Shown piece after piece: positions 1-8,963 of a DNA stretch of 43,055 bases (positions are counted from its first letter, which is position 1; each line of letters opens with the position of its first letter). The stretch is from a virus. The stretch lies in UHGV virus genome UHGV-0058404; one strand, 5' to 3'. The translations under genes were made by a program, and so were the position numbers. The notes under the pieces are model-generated. The model saw only the letters and a list, made by a program, of their open reading frames with translations, searched no databases and was not told the origin of the DNA.

Positions 1-334
1 ATTTGTAGTTTGTTTAACGTTGGTTAGCCTAATCGGTTGCAAAGGTCAAGCAAGACAAAGTTTTGTTGGAAATAACACTATACATCTTGATGAAAAAGAT
101 AACATTAAAGGCTTAGTAGTTTATACAAACAAAGAAATCGTTGACCTACAAATAGCATATGGAGAAGTTGAAAAGCAATATTTTCTTGATACTAGATATT
201 TAGGAAGTTCAAAAATTGATGAGTTTGACATCTTCATTTACTATCGTGGAGAAACTTGTAGTGTTTTAGTAGAAACAAACGACCAAGAGTTTTATATTTT
301 CAACGCAACAATAGTAGTTAAGAAAGGGAAGTAA
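1..334 (+). CDS. Lipoprotein, 3' part; gene starts at 43021 and wraps across the window end
   Basis: Joining 43021-43055 to base 1 gives in-frame MRMRTFKRLVAIFVVCLTLVSLIGC..., a basic N-region, hydrophobic core and LIGC lipobox. Confidence 0.8.
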   Translation, partial: FVVCLTLVSLIGCKGQARQSFVGNNTIHLDEKDNIKGLVVYTNKEIVDLQIAYGEVEKQYFLDTRYLGSSKIDEFDIFIYYRGETCSVLVETNDQEFYIFNATIVVKKGK

Positions 335-336
335 TT

Positions 337-2046
337 ATGAAATTAAAACGAATTGAAATTGAAAACTTTAATAGATGGAAGTCCTTTGCTATGGACTTTA
401 GTGATGTAGAAAAAATACAAGCACCCACAGGTATGGGAAAAACAAGCATTTACCAAGCATTCCTATATGCTATGGGTCTTGATGTTAAAGGTTTTACACC
501 TAAAAACGACTATGAGCCTTTAGATGTAGAAACAAAAGTTAAAATAGTAATTGATGTAGATGGTTTAGAACATGTATTTGAACGCACAAGCAAACCGACT
601 TATATTTGTGATGGAGTTAAGGAAAAGAAGAAAGAAAATTATATTGCAAACATTTGTGGCTTAGTAGGAATTAACCAAAACGACCTTGAAATGGTATGTA
701 ATACAAACCTATTCAATTTAGATACAAATAAGTGGGGTTGGAAAGAACGTTTTAATACGCTAAATAAGTATTTACAATTTTCAACAATTACAGCACCTTT
801 AGCAACGCGACCTGAATACAACGCGATTGCGAAATATATTCAACTAGGAAAAACACCTATTGAAATTGAAAGTGCGTTAAGAATTGAAAAGAAAAATCTA
901 GAAACTGAACTAGCAACAACAAACGCATTAATTACTGACAAGGAAAAAGCCTTAATTGGAACTTGTCGACCAATTGAAGAAATTGATAACGAGATAAAGC
1001 AAAAGAACGCTGAAATCAACGAATTACAAATCAAGCTTGCTGAAATTAAGAGCAAATCTCCTATTACTATCTTAAATGAAGAACTTGAAAAGGTTGAAAA
1101 TGAACGCGTATTATTGGTTTCTAAATTAGATAGCAAACAAGCCAAGAACAACGCTACTATTCAACAAATAAATGCTGAAATAAACCAAAAGCAAGCCGAA
1201 ATTAAGCGTTTAGATAAAGAATTGGAAGAATATAAGGAACACCTAGAAAACCTCGAAAATGATGCCGTTTTTTGCCTTTATTGTGGTTATCCCCTTACTG
1301 AAGAAAAAAAGGAAGAGCAAGAAATTACCCTTAAATCTTCTATTCAGAATACCCTTGATAAACTTGATGTTTTAGTATGCGAACTTAAGCAATTACAAGA
1401 TAAATTAAGTCTTATTCCTACTGCTTATGATTGTGCTGAAATTATAATGCTTGAAAATAAGCGTGATAGAATTAAAAAGCAAATCGAAACAACAACTGAT
1501 ACAATTGATACCGCTGAAATCGAACTAGATCTTGACTATACCGAAAGTTTACTACAAGACCTTTATATGGAAAAAAGCAATTACTTCGTTTTAACTAAAA
1601 CTAAACAAGAACTTGAAACGTTAAAATCTAAACGTGCTGAAATCTCACAACAAATACTTGGCAATGCGACAGGTAAGGAACAACTTACGATTTATTTCAA
1701 GGAAGTTCAAGAAATCTACAACCAAGCCGTTAAACAAGTCTTTGGCAACGAAATATCATTTAAGTTCTTTAGTGTTAAACAAAACGGAGATTATAACCAA
1801 GAGTGTGTAGTTAAACGAACAATACGCGACTTACCAACTACCTATTATGAAATGAGTTTTGGAGAACGTGTTAAAACTGATATACTTACAACTCTAGGTT
1901 TCCAAAAACTACTACATGTTAACCTACCTATTTGGGCTGACAACATTAACGGTCTTACCGATGACCTACCAAAAACGGAAAATCAAATAATCTACCTTGA
2001 AACTAGCAAGGAAAACAACATTTTAGATAAAGGAGTGCAACTATAA
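337..2046 (+). CDS. Rad50/SbcC-like (SMC-type) ATPase
   Basis: N-terminal Walker A APTGMGKTS, long coiled coil with central CLYC zinc hook, ABC signature MSFGE, Walker B-like IWADN. Confidence 0.85.
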   Translation: MKLKRIEIENFNRWKSFAMDFSDVEKIQAPTGMGKTSIYQAFLYAMGLDVKGFTPKNDYEPLDVETKVKIVIDVDGLEHVFERTSKPTYICDGVKEKKKENYIANICGLVGINQNDLEMVCNTNLFNLDTNKWGWKERFNTLNKYLQFSTITAPLATRPEYNAIAKYIQLGKTPIEIESALRIEKKNLETELATTNALITDKEKALIGTCRPIEEIDNEIKQKNAEINELQIKLAEIKSKSPITILNEELEKVENERVLLVSKLDSKQAKNNATIQQINAEINQKQAEIKRLDKELEEYKEHLENLENDAVFCLYCGYPLTEEKKEEQEITLKSSIQNTLDKLDVLVCELKQLQDKLSLIPTAYDCAEIIMLENKRDRIKKQIETTTDTIDTAEIELDLDYTESLLQDLYMEKSNYFVLTKTKQELETLKSKRAEISQQILGNATGKEQLTIYFKEVQEIYNQAVKQVFGNEISFKFFSVKQNGDYNQECVVKRTIRDLPTTYYEMSFGERVKTDILTTLGFQKLLHVNLPIWADNINGLTDDLPKTENQIIYLETSKENNILDKGVQL

Positions 2047-2047
2047 T

Positions 2048-3247
2048 ATGGCTGAAAATAAATTACAAACAATAAATGATAAATTAGGGCTACAAACAAC
2101 CGAAATTGAAAACTTCGTGCAACCCTTATATGAACGTTTTAAAGAACTTTACCCTGATACAACAAACATTGATACTTATCGCATTGGAATGAACTTTGCT
2201 AAAGCGTTAAGTGAAGTTAAGGTTCCTGTTCCTAATCAAACAGTGCTACAATACTTTGACAAATCTAGTATTTCCGAAGTCTTTGATACCGTGTGCCGTT
2301 GGGGACTTGATCTATCTTGCAAACAAGCAATTATCGTTCCGCGTAAAAACGTGCTAACCTTACAATACGAATACTTTGGTTGGGTTAAAATCGTTAAAAC
2401 TATTTACCCTAACGCTGAAATTACTGCGAACGTTGTCTACGAGGGAGAAAAGTTTAACATTGAGCGTAGACCTAATGGCAAGTTCAAGTTTAATCACGAA
2501 CCTAATGCGAATGCAAGAATACGTGGGGTAATCGTTGGTGCATACTTTGAATGCTTCCTTAAGACTCCAGGTAAACGTGTTGAAAAAACTACTTACCCCG
2601 ATGGTCGCATTACTGAAACAACTACTGAAACTTTCAACTATGAATGCATTGGAACTGAATACATGACTATGGCTGAAATTAGGGCATCATGGAACCAAAG
2701 TGCTAATGGTCCTAAAGTTCACAACGCTTTCCCTCATGAAATGGCTAAAAAGACCGTTATTAATCGTGGCTGTAAGCATATAGTTAACACCTACTCAGCA
2801 TTTACAAGTCTATCAAGCCTAAGCAGTGTAGCAAGCAATTGGAACGATGAAGATGAAGTTGCTGAAGAAAAAGCACCTATCATTGAATACAATTATGTCG
2901 TTGAAACCCCTGAAAATTATAACGAAAAAACCGAAGAAAATACATCGGAAAAAATTGTTAAACAACCTGAGGAAAAAATCGTTGAAACAACTCCTACAAG
3001 CACTGATTATCACGTTGAAAATGGTATGGCTTACTACCCTGGTTGTGAAATGAAACAAGAAATACCAGCTGACAACGAACCTATCTCACAGCCTGTCAAC
3101 GATGACTATTTTGAAATCTCCTATCGTGAATATGCCGACCACAAGAACGAATACGAACCTGATAGAAACTGCAACATACCTGGCTATTCAAAAAGTGGGT
3201 ATAACGCATCAACCAAAATGATTAGAGTTAAGAAACTTACAAAATAA
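2048..3247 (+). CDS. recT: RecT-family single-strand annealing recombinase with acidic C-terminal extension
   Basis: Motifs YFGW, VVYEGEKF, IVGAY, W..S, FPHEMAKKTVINRGCK typical of RecT. Confidence 0.85.
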   Translation: MAENKLQTINDKLGLQTTEIENFVQPLYERFKELYPDTTNIDTYRIGMNFAKALSEVKVPVPNQTVLQYFDKSSISEVFDTVCRWGLDLSCKQAIIVPRKNVLTLQYEYFGWVKIVKTIYPNAEITANVVYEGEKFNIERRPNGKFKFNHEPNANARIRGVIVGAYFECFLKTPGKRVEKTTYPDGRITETTTETFNYECIGTEYMTMAEIRASWNQSANGPKVHNAFPHEMAKKTVINRGCKHIVNTYSAFTSLSSLSSVASNWNDEDEVAEEKAPIIEYNYVVETPENYNEKTEENTSEKIVKQPEEKIVETTPTSTDYHVENGMAYYPGCEMKQEIPADNEPISQPVNDDYFEISYREYADHKNEYEPDRNCNIPGYSKSGYNASTKMIRVKKLTK

Positions 3248-3254
3248 GATAAAC

Positions 3255-3355
3255 CGAAAAACACACCAAAAATCGATTTTTGCCCCCTTGCTTGAGTAAT
3301 TACAAAGGGTAGGGGGGTAAAGATTTAAAAATGCCCCTTAAATGGGGTTGAAAAC
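3255..3355. repeat. Dispersed phased A-tract/G-run element, copy A
   Basis: Core GTAATTACAAAGGGTAGGGGGGTAAA resembles 32232-32257 and the reverse complement of 34212-34236; A/T tracts recur at ~10-11 bp. Confidence 0.6.
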
Positions 3356-3371
3356 AGAAAGGAAGAATGAA

Positions 3372-3821
3372 ATGAATACAATATTTAGAGAATTAAAAGA
3401 AAATCATGGACTTAAAAACATAGAGTTAGCAAAAAAGCTAGGTGTTAGCAAATCGACAATACACCGACTAGACACGGGTGCTAAGAACTTTTCAGTTGAG
3501 TTCCTAGAAACTGCATTGAAAGAAATCTACGGGATTAACATTGATATCTTCGATTTAATCGAAAGCACGATAAAGTATGAAACTTACCAAGCACCTGGAA
3601 AAGTGCAAGAACTAGAAGAAGAAATTGATACGTTGAAACAAGACATAGACAAGCTGAACGAAGAACGCAAGACCTTTGATGACAGCGTTGAACTTTACTC
3701 AAAGATTATCAACGATCTACGCAACGAGAACGGCTTTCAAAAAGTCGAAATTAAGAACCTACAAGACAAAAACAAGGAATTAACTGACCGAATTATGAAG
3801 TTAGTTGACAAAATTGCATAG
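3372..3821 (+). CDS. XRE-family HTH regulator with C-terminal coiled coil
   Basis: LKNIELAKKLGVSKSTIHRLD HTH; start moved to ATG 3372 after the GAAAGGAAG RBS. Confidence 0.8.
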   Translation: MNTIFRELKENHGLKNIELAKKLGVSKSTIHRLDTGAKNFSVEFLETALKEIYGINIDIFDLIESTIKYETYQAPGKVQELEEEIDTLKQDIDKLNEERKTFDDSVELYSKIINDLRNENGFQKVEIKNLQDKNKELTDRIMKLVDKIA

Positions 3822-3828
3822 ATTTTAC

Positions 3829-3857
3829 TTGACAAAAGACACCTTTTGTGATATACT
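3829..3857 (+). promoter_or_regulatory. Sigma70/SigA promoter for the replication operon
   Basis: TTGACA (3829-3834), 17-nt spacer, extended -10 TGaTATACT (hexamer 3852-3857). Confidence 0.8.
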
Positions 3858-4016
3858 TTAAATAGCCAAGAAGATAGAATATTGTTCGAGAATAGAACAT
3901 CTTGAAGAGTGCATTACCTACTATACCTATCTTTCCGAACAATTCTTGGCTGTTTGTTTGTTTCTTGGTAGTGCATTCCTTAAGGTGTTTTATTTTTTGC
4001 AGAAAGGAAGAAAAAA

Positions 4017-4955
4017 ATGGCATTTTACGACAATACAAAGTTCTTCTATCTTCAACTAAAGGAAGATTTCTTTGAAGAAGACACAATCAATTGGTTGGAA
4101 GAACAACCTAACGGAAAAGAATATTCTCTGTTCTACTTGAAACTTTGCCTTAAGAGTTTGAGTATGAATGGAGTGCTAATACGCAAAGTGGGGGACTTAT
4201 TGATACCCTACGACCACATAAAACTTGGAGAAATAACGAACACATCCCCTGATACAGTGCTTGTTGCAACCGACTTGCTTGTAAAAATTGGACTTATCAA
4301 AATGCTTGACAATGGTGCTTTATACCTTACACAAGTCGAAAATATGATAGGTTCACAAAGCAAAAGTGCGTTCAAAAAGCAGCAACAAAGAGAACGAAAA
4401 TTGGGGGGGGTGGACAAATGTCCACCTAAGTGTCCACCAAATATAAATCTAAATCTAAAGTTAAAAACTAAAAGTATAGAAGATAAATCTTCTTGTCTTG
4501 CTGAACCAAGACTCATAGAAACGTTTGATGACTTCCCTAGTGCAGAAGAAGTTGAAAAAGAACCTAAACAACGTGTTCCTTTTGCTGAGATTATCGACTA
4601 CCTAAACGAGAAAACGGGTAAATCGTTTAAAAGCACAAGTAGAAAAACACAAGGTTTTATACGTGCAAGGTGGAATGAGGGCTTTAGATTAGAAGATTTC
4701 AAAAAGGTTATAGACAACAAATGCTCTACATGGCTTAGAGATACACGAATGAGTCAATACCTAAGGCCTGAAACTTTGTTTAGTGGCAAGTTTGATAGAT
4801 ACCTAAACGAGAAACCTGGGTCAAACGAACCTGAGTGGCTTAACGAACACTTAAACGCTCTAGATGAACGAATAACCAAAAATACGGGTAGTAGTGAACC
4901 TATTACCGAAGAAAACATACAAGAACTAGAAGATTTTTTCAAAGGAGGAAAGTAA
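4017..4955 (+). CDS. Phage replisome organizer / replication initiator
   Basis: N-terminal FYLQLKEDFFE..I.WLE...NG..Y.LFYLKL (Phage_rep_org_N-like); C-terminal IIDYLNEKTGK...YLRPETLF.GKFD.YLN domain. Confidence 0.85.
   Translation: MAFYDNTKFFYLQLKEDFFEEDTINWLEEQPNGKEYSLFYLKLCLKSLSMNGVLIRKVGDLLIPYDHIKLGEITNTSPDTVLVATDLLVKIGLIKMLDNGALYLTQVENMIGSQSKSAFKKQQQRERKLGGVDKCPPKCPPNINLNLKLKTKSIEDKSSCLAEPRLIETFDDFPSAEEVEKEPKQRVPFAEIIDYLNEKTGKSFKSTSRKTQGFIRARWNEGFRLEDFKKVIDNKCSTWLRDTRMSQYLRPETLFSGKFDRYLNEKPGSNEPEWLNEHLNALDERITKNTGSSEPITEENIQELEDFFKGGK
4403..4480. other. Putative replication origin inside the initiator gene
   Basis: GGTGGACA-aa-TGTCCACC inverted pair (4409-4426), a third TGTCCACC (4431-4438), then an AT-rich tract. 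Confidence 0.5.
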
Positions 4956-5176
4956 TGGAAAGCAAAAAAGTTTACGAACGAAAACAAGAATTAACTGAAG
5001 AAGATGTTAAAAAAATTAGAATTTGGATGATTGAAAAAGACTTAAAGTCAAAAGATTTCGCACAAATACTAGGTGTTAAACCAAGTTCACTTTATTCAGC
5101 ATTAACTTTAAAACGTAATAATCACGCGTTAGCACAATTTTATCGTTGGGTCATTTTAGGTTGGAACAAACAATAA
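4955..5176 (+). CDS. Small HTH DNA-binding protein
   Basis: KSKDFAQILGVKPSSLYSAL HTH-like segment; coupled to the upstream stop. Confidence 0.6.
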   Translation: MESKKVYERKQELTEEDVKKIRIWMIEKDLKSKDFAQILGVKPSSLYSALTLKRNNHALAQFYRWVILGWNKQ

Positions 5177-5355
5177 TGCCTGCTTGGTTAACTTTAGTAA
5201 TCACAATAATTTCTATCATAGTGCTACCAATTGCCTTGCTAGAGTTAGTTAAATTACTCGAAGAAGACCCCTTGAAAGAACGCAAGAAAAAAAAGGAAGA
5301 AAAAAAACGCAAGAAATTAGAGGAAGAAAGGAAAAATGAAGACCAATGGTATTAA
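5176..5355 (+). CDS. Small single-TM protein with Lys/Glu-rich tail
   Basis: Hydrophobic N-terminus WLTLVITIISIIVLPIALL; TAATG coupling at 5176. Confidence 0.55.
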   Translation: MPAWLTLVITIISIIVLPIALLELVKLLEEDPLKERKKKKEEKKRKKLEEERKNEDQWY

Positions 5356-6077
5356 CGTGTATAGGCACGGGGAGTAAAGGAAATTCCTATGTGCTAAGAA
5401 ACAGCAAACATGAGGTTTTGCTAATCGAATTAGGTTGTAAACCAAGCACAATTTTTTACGAATTAAACAAACTTGGTGTTACGATAAGTGATATTTCAGG
5501 AGCAATTTATACGCATTGCCATGGAGACCACAATTACAAGGTCGCTAAGAACCTAAAGTGTAGTGATTATTTCAGGAGTTTGGGAATAAAAGTGCAAGAT
5601 CCTGAGAGTTTAGAACTAGGAAAATCGTTCAATTATGGGGACTTTAAGATAACCCCTTTGCCTGCGGAACACGATGTTTATTGCGTAAGTTATCTGATAG
5701 AATGTGATAACGAAAAAGTGTTATTTGCGACTGACACAAATGCGTTGGTAAAGGTAGGAAATATTCGCATAGGAACATTCATAGTTGAAGTGAATTATGT
5801 GTTGGAAATGATGAATAGACTGTTAGAAGAACAAAAAGGTTTTTCAGAGTTAGACATACAAGCAATGCAAGTAGCAAAAAGGCACTTGTCGTTGGAAAGC
5901 CTATGCACCTATTTTGACAACCTAGGTTATGAACCTAAACAAATATTAACAATTCACGCAAGTTCACGTAGGTGGTTTTCAAGTAGTCTAGTTATGGAAA
6001 GGCTAGCACAATACGTTGAAGATAGCACGTGTTTAAAAGTCGTGAAAAATGGAGGAAGTTATGGTATTATTAATTGA
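5346..6077 (+). CDS. Metallo-beta-lactamase-fold hydrolase (YycJ-like nuclease)
   Basis: GTGSKGNSY, THCHGDH, EHD, FATDT, EVNY and HLS motifs. Confidence 0.85.
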   Translation: MVLTCIGTGSKGNSYVLRNSKHEVLLIELGCKPSTIFYELNKLGVTISDISGAIYTHCHGDHNYKVAKNLKCSDYFRSLGIKVQDPESLELGKSFNYGDFKITPLPAEHDVYCVSYLIECDNEKVLFATDTNALVKVGNIRIGTFIVEVNYVLEMMNRLLEEQKGFSELDIQAMQVAKRHLSLESLCTYFDNLGYEPKQILTIHASSRRWFSSSLVMERLAQYVEDSTCLKVVKNGGSYGIIN

Positions 6078-6792
6078 GAGAGCATTGTTGACAACTTACA
6101 AATATGTTGAAGATGCAAAAGACAAAAACGGAAAAAGATATGTAAAGTTTTCTTGCTTTGTAAAAACCCCGAGTTTTAAAAATGAACTAGGAATTAAAAA
6201 TAATGCTCTAATGATGAGTGTTAAGATTTACGGAACTGACAAAAACTTAGATGATTTACTAGAAAGGTATAACAAAGCGTTTGAAGAAAACGCAAAACTG
6301 CCTGAAGATAAGCAAAAGAAACTACTATTAAAATTCTATACCGATGTATATCTATGTTTTAACGTAATGAACCGCAGTTTAATACGTTGGGCTGTTGTGC
6401 CAAACTTTAAATATTACCCTACTCTTGGAGTATATGTGAGAGGGGAAATAGGAGAAGAAAAATATAGAGAAGAAAAGGTTGCTAGACTTGAAAAGAAAGT
6501 AGAAGAGTTAGAAAAGACAATAGGAAATGTTGTCATAACTGAAAAGAGAGAGAAGAAAGCACCAATTATTAACTTAAAAACTAGGAAGATAAAAAAAGGG
6601 AATGCAAATCTTACGACTGAAGTAGAAGATGATGAAGTAGATATAGCAGAAGAAATAGGGCAAGAAGTTTTAAAAGAAACAAACCCTACTGAAACCCTTG
6701 TAGAAACGGCTGAAATTGAAGAAGTCGATGAAATACCCGTTGAAACTCCTACAACTAACTATATCGATGATCTATTCAAGGACTTAGAATAA
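6061..6792 (+). CDS. Hypothetical protein; possible divergent OB-fold/SSB-like N-terminus with acidic tail
   Basis: GGAGG RBS at 6051; G..YVKFS and SVKIYG strands; very acidic C-terminus ending IDDLFKDLE. Confidence 0.5.
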   Translation: MVLLIERALLTTYKYVEDAKDKNGKRYVKFSCFVKTPSFKNELGIKNNALMMSVKIYGTDKNLDDLLERYNKAFEENAKLPEDKQKKLLLKFYTDVYLCFNVMNRSLIRWAVVPNFKYYPTLGVYVRGEIGEEKYREEKVARLEKKVEELEKTIGNVVITEKREKKAPIINLKTRKIKKGNANLTTEVEDDEVDIAEEIGQEVLKETNPTETLVETAEIEEVDEIPVETPTTNYIDDLFKDLE

Positions 6793-7268
6793 TGCAAAGA
6801 ATAATTATTCAAGATACGCGAGAAAAAGTTGGTAAAAAAGACCATATAGAGGGTTGGTTCAAAGACAACGGCATACCTGTAGTGCGTAGGAAATGCGACT
6901 ATGGAGATTATATGTTATATGGTAAAGAATACGTAAGCGTTGATATAAAACAAAACGTAATGGAAATTGTAGGAAACATCACAAAGCAACACGAGAGATT
7001 TAGGAGAGAGCTAGAGGGTGCAAAAATACATGGAATAAAACTTTACATACTGATAGAAGAACCTTTTTCAAACGTGTTTGCCTTGAAATATTGGAAAAGC
7101 CCTAAATGGCAGTGGGGCAAAAACAAAGGAAAACCCCTAACGCAAATGAAAGGGGAAAGTATTATGAAGATATTATTAACAATGCAAGAAAGGTATGGTT
7201 GCACGTTCCTGTTTTGTAGGAAAGAAGATAGTGCAAAAAAGATACTCGAATTGCTAGAAAAGGAGTAA
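6792..7268 (+). CDS. ERCC4-domain nuclease (putative resolvase)
   Basis: DTRE, GDY, V.IK and RFRREL...LYILIE motifs. Confidence 0.8.
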   Translation: MQRIIIQDTREKVGKKDHIEGWFKDNGIPVVRRKCDYGDYMLYGKEYVSVDIKQNVMEIVGNITKQHERFRRELEGAKIHGIKLYILIEEPFSNVFALKYWKSPKWQWGKNKGKPLTQMKGESIMKILLTMQERYGCTFLFCRKEDSAKKILELLEKE

Positions 7269-7271
7269 ACT

Positions 7272-7586
7272 ATGAGTGAAGAAAAGAAAGTGCTTACACC
7301 ACAAAGAGTAGTGCTTGTAACGTTGCTTAATTACTACTTAGCCCCTAACACACAAAAAACCTATATGTTTTCAGCAATAGAAGAAATGAAAGAAGAAGAT
7401 ATCGTATTTTGCGATACTGAAAGTGGCTTAGTTGTTGGTAGGGTTCTAAAAGTCTATGACACAGTGGCTGACTTGCTTGCTGACAAAACATTTATTAGGA
7501 AAGATATAAAGCCTTGTAGAAAATATGTTGGTTATTATTATCTTGATAACGAAAATGTGCCACTTAATGCTGACTTGCCTTTTTGA
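7272..7586 (+). CDS. Hypothetical protein ending in DLPF
   Basis: AAGGAG RBS; C-terminus NADLPF. Confidence 0.65.
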   Translation: MSEEKKVLTPQRVVLVTLLNYYLAPNTQKTYMFSAIEEMKEEDIVFCDTESGLVVGRVLKVYDTVADLLADKTFIRKDIKPCRKYVGYYYLDNENVPLNADLPF

Positions 7587-7603
7587 TTAGGAGGTAGTAA
7601 AAC

Positions 7604-8311
7604 ATGAAGATAGAAAATGGCTACCTAGTGTTTGACAAAGAACAAATAAAGTTGAAAAAAATAACAGGTCATAGGTTTCCACAATTGCTTGGAAAGAGTA
7701 GATTTACGACCAAAGGAGACTGCCTTGTTAAAATGTTTTTAGGAATTAAAGAAGAACCTATCGATCCGTTCTATATAAAACGAGGTGCAATAGGGGAGTT
7801 CCTAGTAGAACACGAGTTAACAAAAATGGGTGTAAAAGTAAATCACTATGACACAAAAGAAGAAAATTATGATATGTTTAAAGAAGACCCTAACTATGGC
7901 GGAGTAATAGATTTAGCAACTGATAACTTTGAAACTATCTATGAGTGCAAATCAAAACCCCTTAGTAAATACGAGTGGTATCAAGATAACGCAAACGAAG
8001 AAGAAGAATTGCAATGTGAATTATATGCATACTTAAAAGGGTCAACAAACGCAGTAATGAAATACATATTTTTTGATACTGAAAGTGAAAGTGCGATAAA
8101 GAATAGCAAGCCGTTTAACCTTAGTGGCATAACGATATATGATAAGTTGCTGACTTTTGATAGAATGGAACTATGCGAACTTATGGACTATGCACTAAAC
8201 TATCGCGATACTTGTTATGAAGAAAAACGCATTCCGCAAGCAGATATTAGTGCTGATATGTTATTATTATTGCAAAGAGATTATGGACTAGATATTGGAG
8301 GAAGAAGATAA
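7604..8311 (+). CDS. YqaJ/lambda-exonuclease-like PD-(D/E)XK nuclease
   Basis: KITG..F..LLG, RG..GE, GGVID, YECKS and Q..LY motifs. Confidence 0.75.
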   Translation: MKIENGYLVFDKEQIKLKKITGHRFPQLLGKSRFTTKGDCLVKMFLGIKEEPIDPFYIKRGAIGEFLVEHELTKMGVKVNHYDTKEENYDMFKEDPNYGGVIDLATDNFETIYECKSKPLSKYEWYQDNANEEEELQCELYAYLKGSTNAVMKYIFFDTESESAIKNSKPFNLSGITIYDKLLTFDRMELCELMDYALNYRDTCYEEKRIPQADISADMLLLLQRDYGLDIGGRR

Positions 8312-8315
8312 AGGT

Positions 8316-8624
8316 ATGAACCATATACAATTAGTTGGAAGAATTACAAAAGATGTTGAATTAAGAGAAAATCAAAAAGGAAACAAATACTGCTACCTTA
8401 CCTTGGCTGTAAGAAGAAATAGAGTAGCAAAACCCGAAGAACAAAACACCGATTTTATAGATTGTATGTGCTTTGGTAAAACGGCTGAACTTGTAGCAAA
8501 ACACAAGAAAAAAGGAGAAATGCTAGGTGTTGTTGGAACGCTAAATATCGACACCGTTAAAAAAGAAGATGGAAGTCAACGCACCTATGCAACAGTAGTC
8601 GTAAACACAATAGACCTAATTTAA
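8316..8624 (+). CDS. ssb: Single-stranded DNA-binding protein lacking an acidic C-terminal tail
   Basis: MNHIQLVGRITKDVELR...TLAVRR...TDFIDC..FGKTAE classical OB fold; ends right after the fold. Confidence 0.9.
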   Translation: MNHIQLVGRITKDVELRENQKGNKYCYLTLAVRRNRVAKPEEQNTDFIDCMCFGKTAELVAKHKKKGEMLGVVGTLNIDTVKKEDGSQRTYATVVVNTIDLI

Positions 8625-8731
8625 GGGGTAAAAATAAACAATTTCATAAGTCCCCTAACTAATTCCCTTTCACATTTAAAACATCCTAATTTACCCCTTA
8701 TTTTAGGCTGAAAGTGGGAAATTAACTAGGG
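8622..8731. repeat. Intergenic inverted-repeat / phased element, copy B
   Basis: TAAGGGGTAAA...TTTACCCCTTA and CCCTAACTAATTCCCTTTCA...TGAAAGTGGGAAATTAACTAGGG. Confidence 0.5.
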
Positions 8732-8765
8732 CAGACAATTGAAAAACAAGAAAGGAAGAAAGAAA

Positions 8766-8963
8766 ATGGCAAAAGCAAAAAAATCAAAGTTCCCTGAAAG
8801 CGAAACAAACATCTTCGTTTGTAGCAAATGCGGAAGTAGAAAAGAAATTTGCATAGGAGAGTTAGGTTCACAACTATGCTCTAAATGTATGAACCAAATG
8901 AATGTTGAAAATCAAAAGAACTATGAAAAGCCTTTTGAAGATGATTTAGGAGGAGCAAAATAA
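8766..8963 (+). CDS. Small zinc-ribbon protein
   Basis: CSKC...CSKC; AAAGGAAG RBS before ATG 8766. Confidence 0.6.
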   Translation: MAKAKKSKFPESETNIFVCSKCGSRKEICIGELGSQLCSKCMNQMNVENQKNYEKPFEDDLGGAK

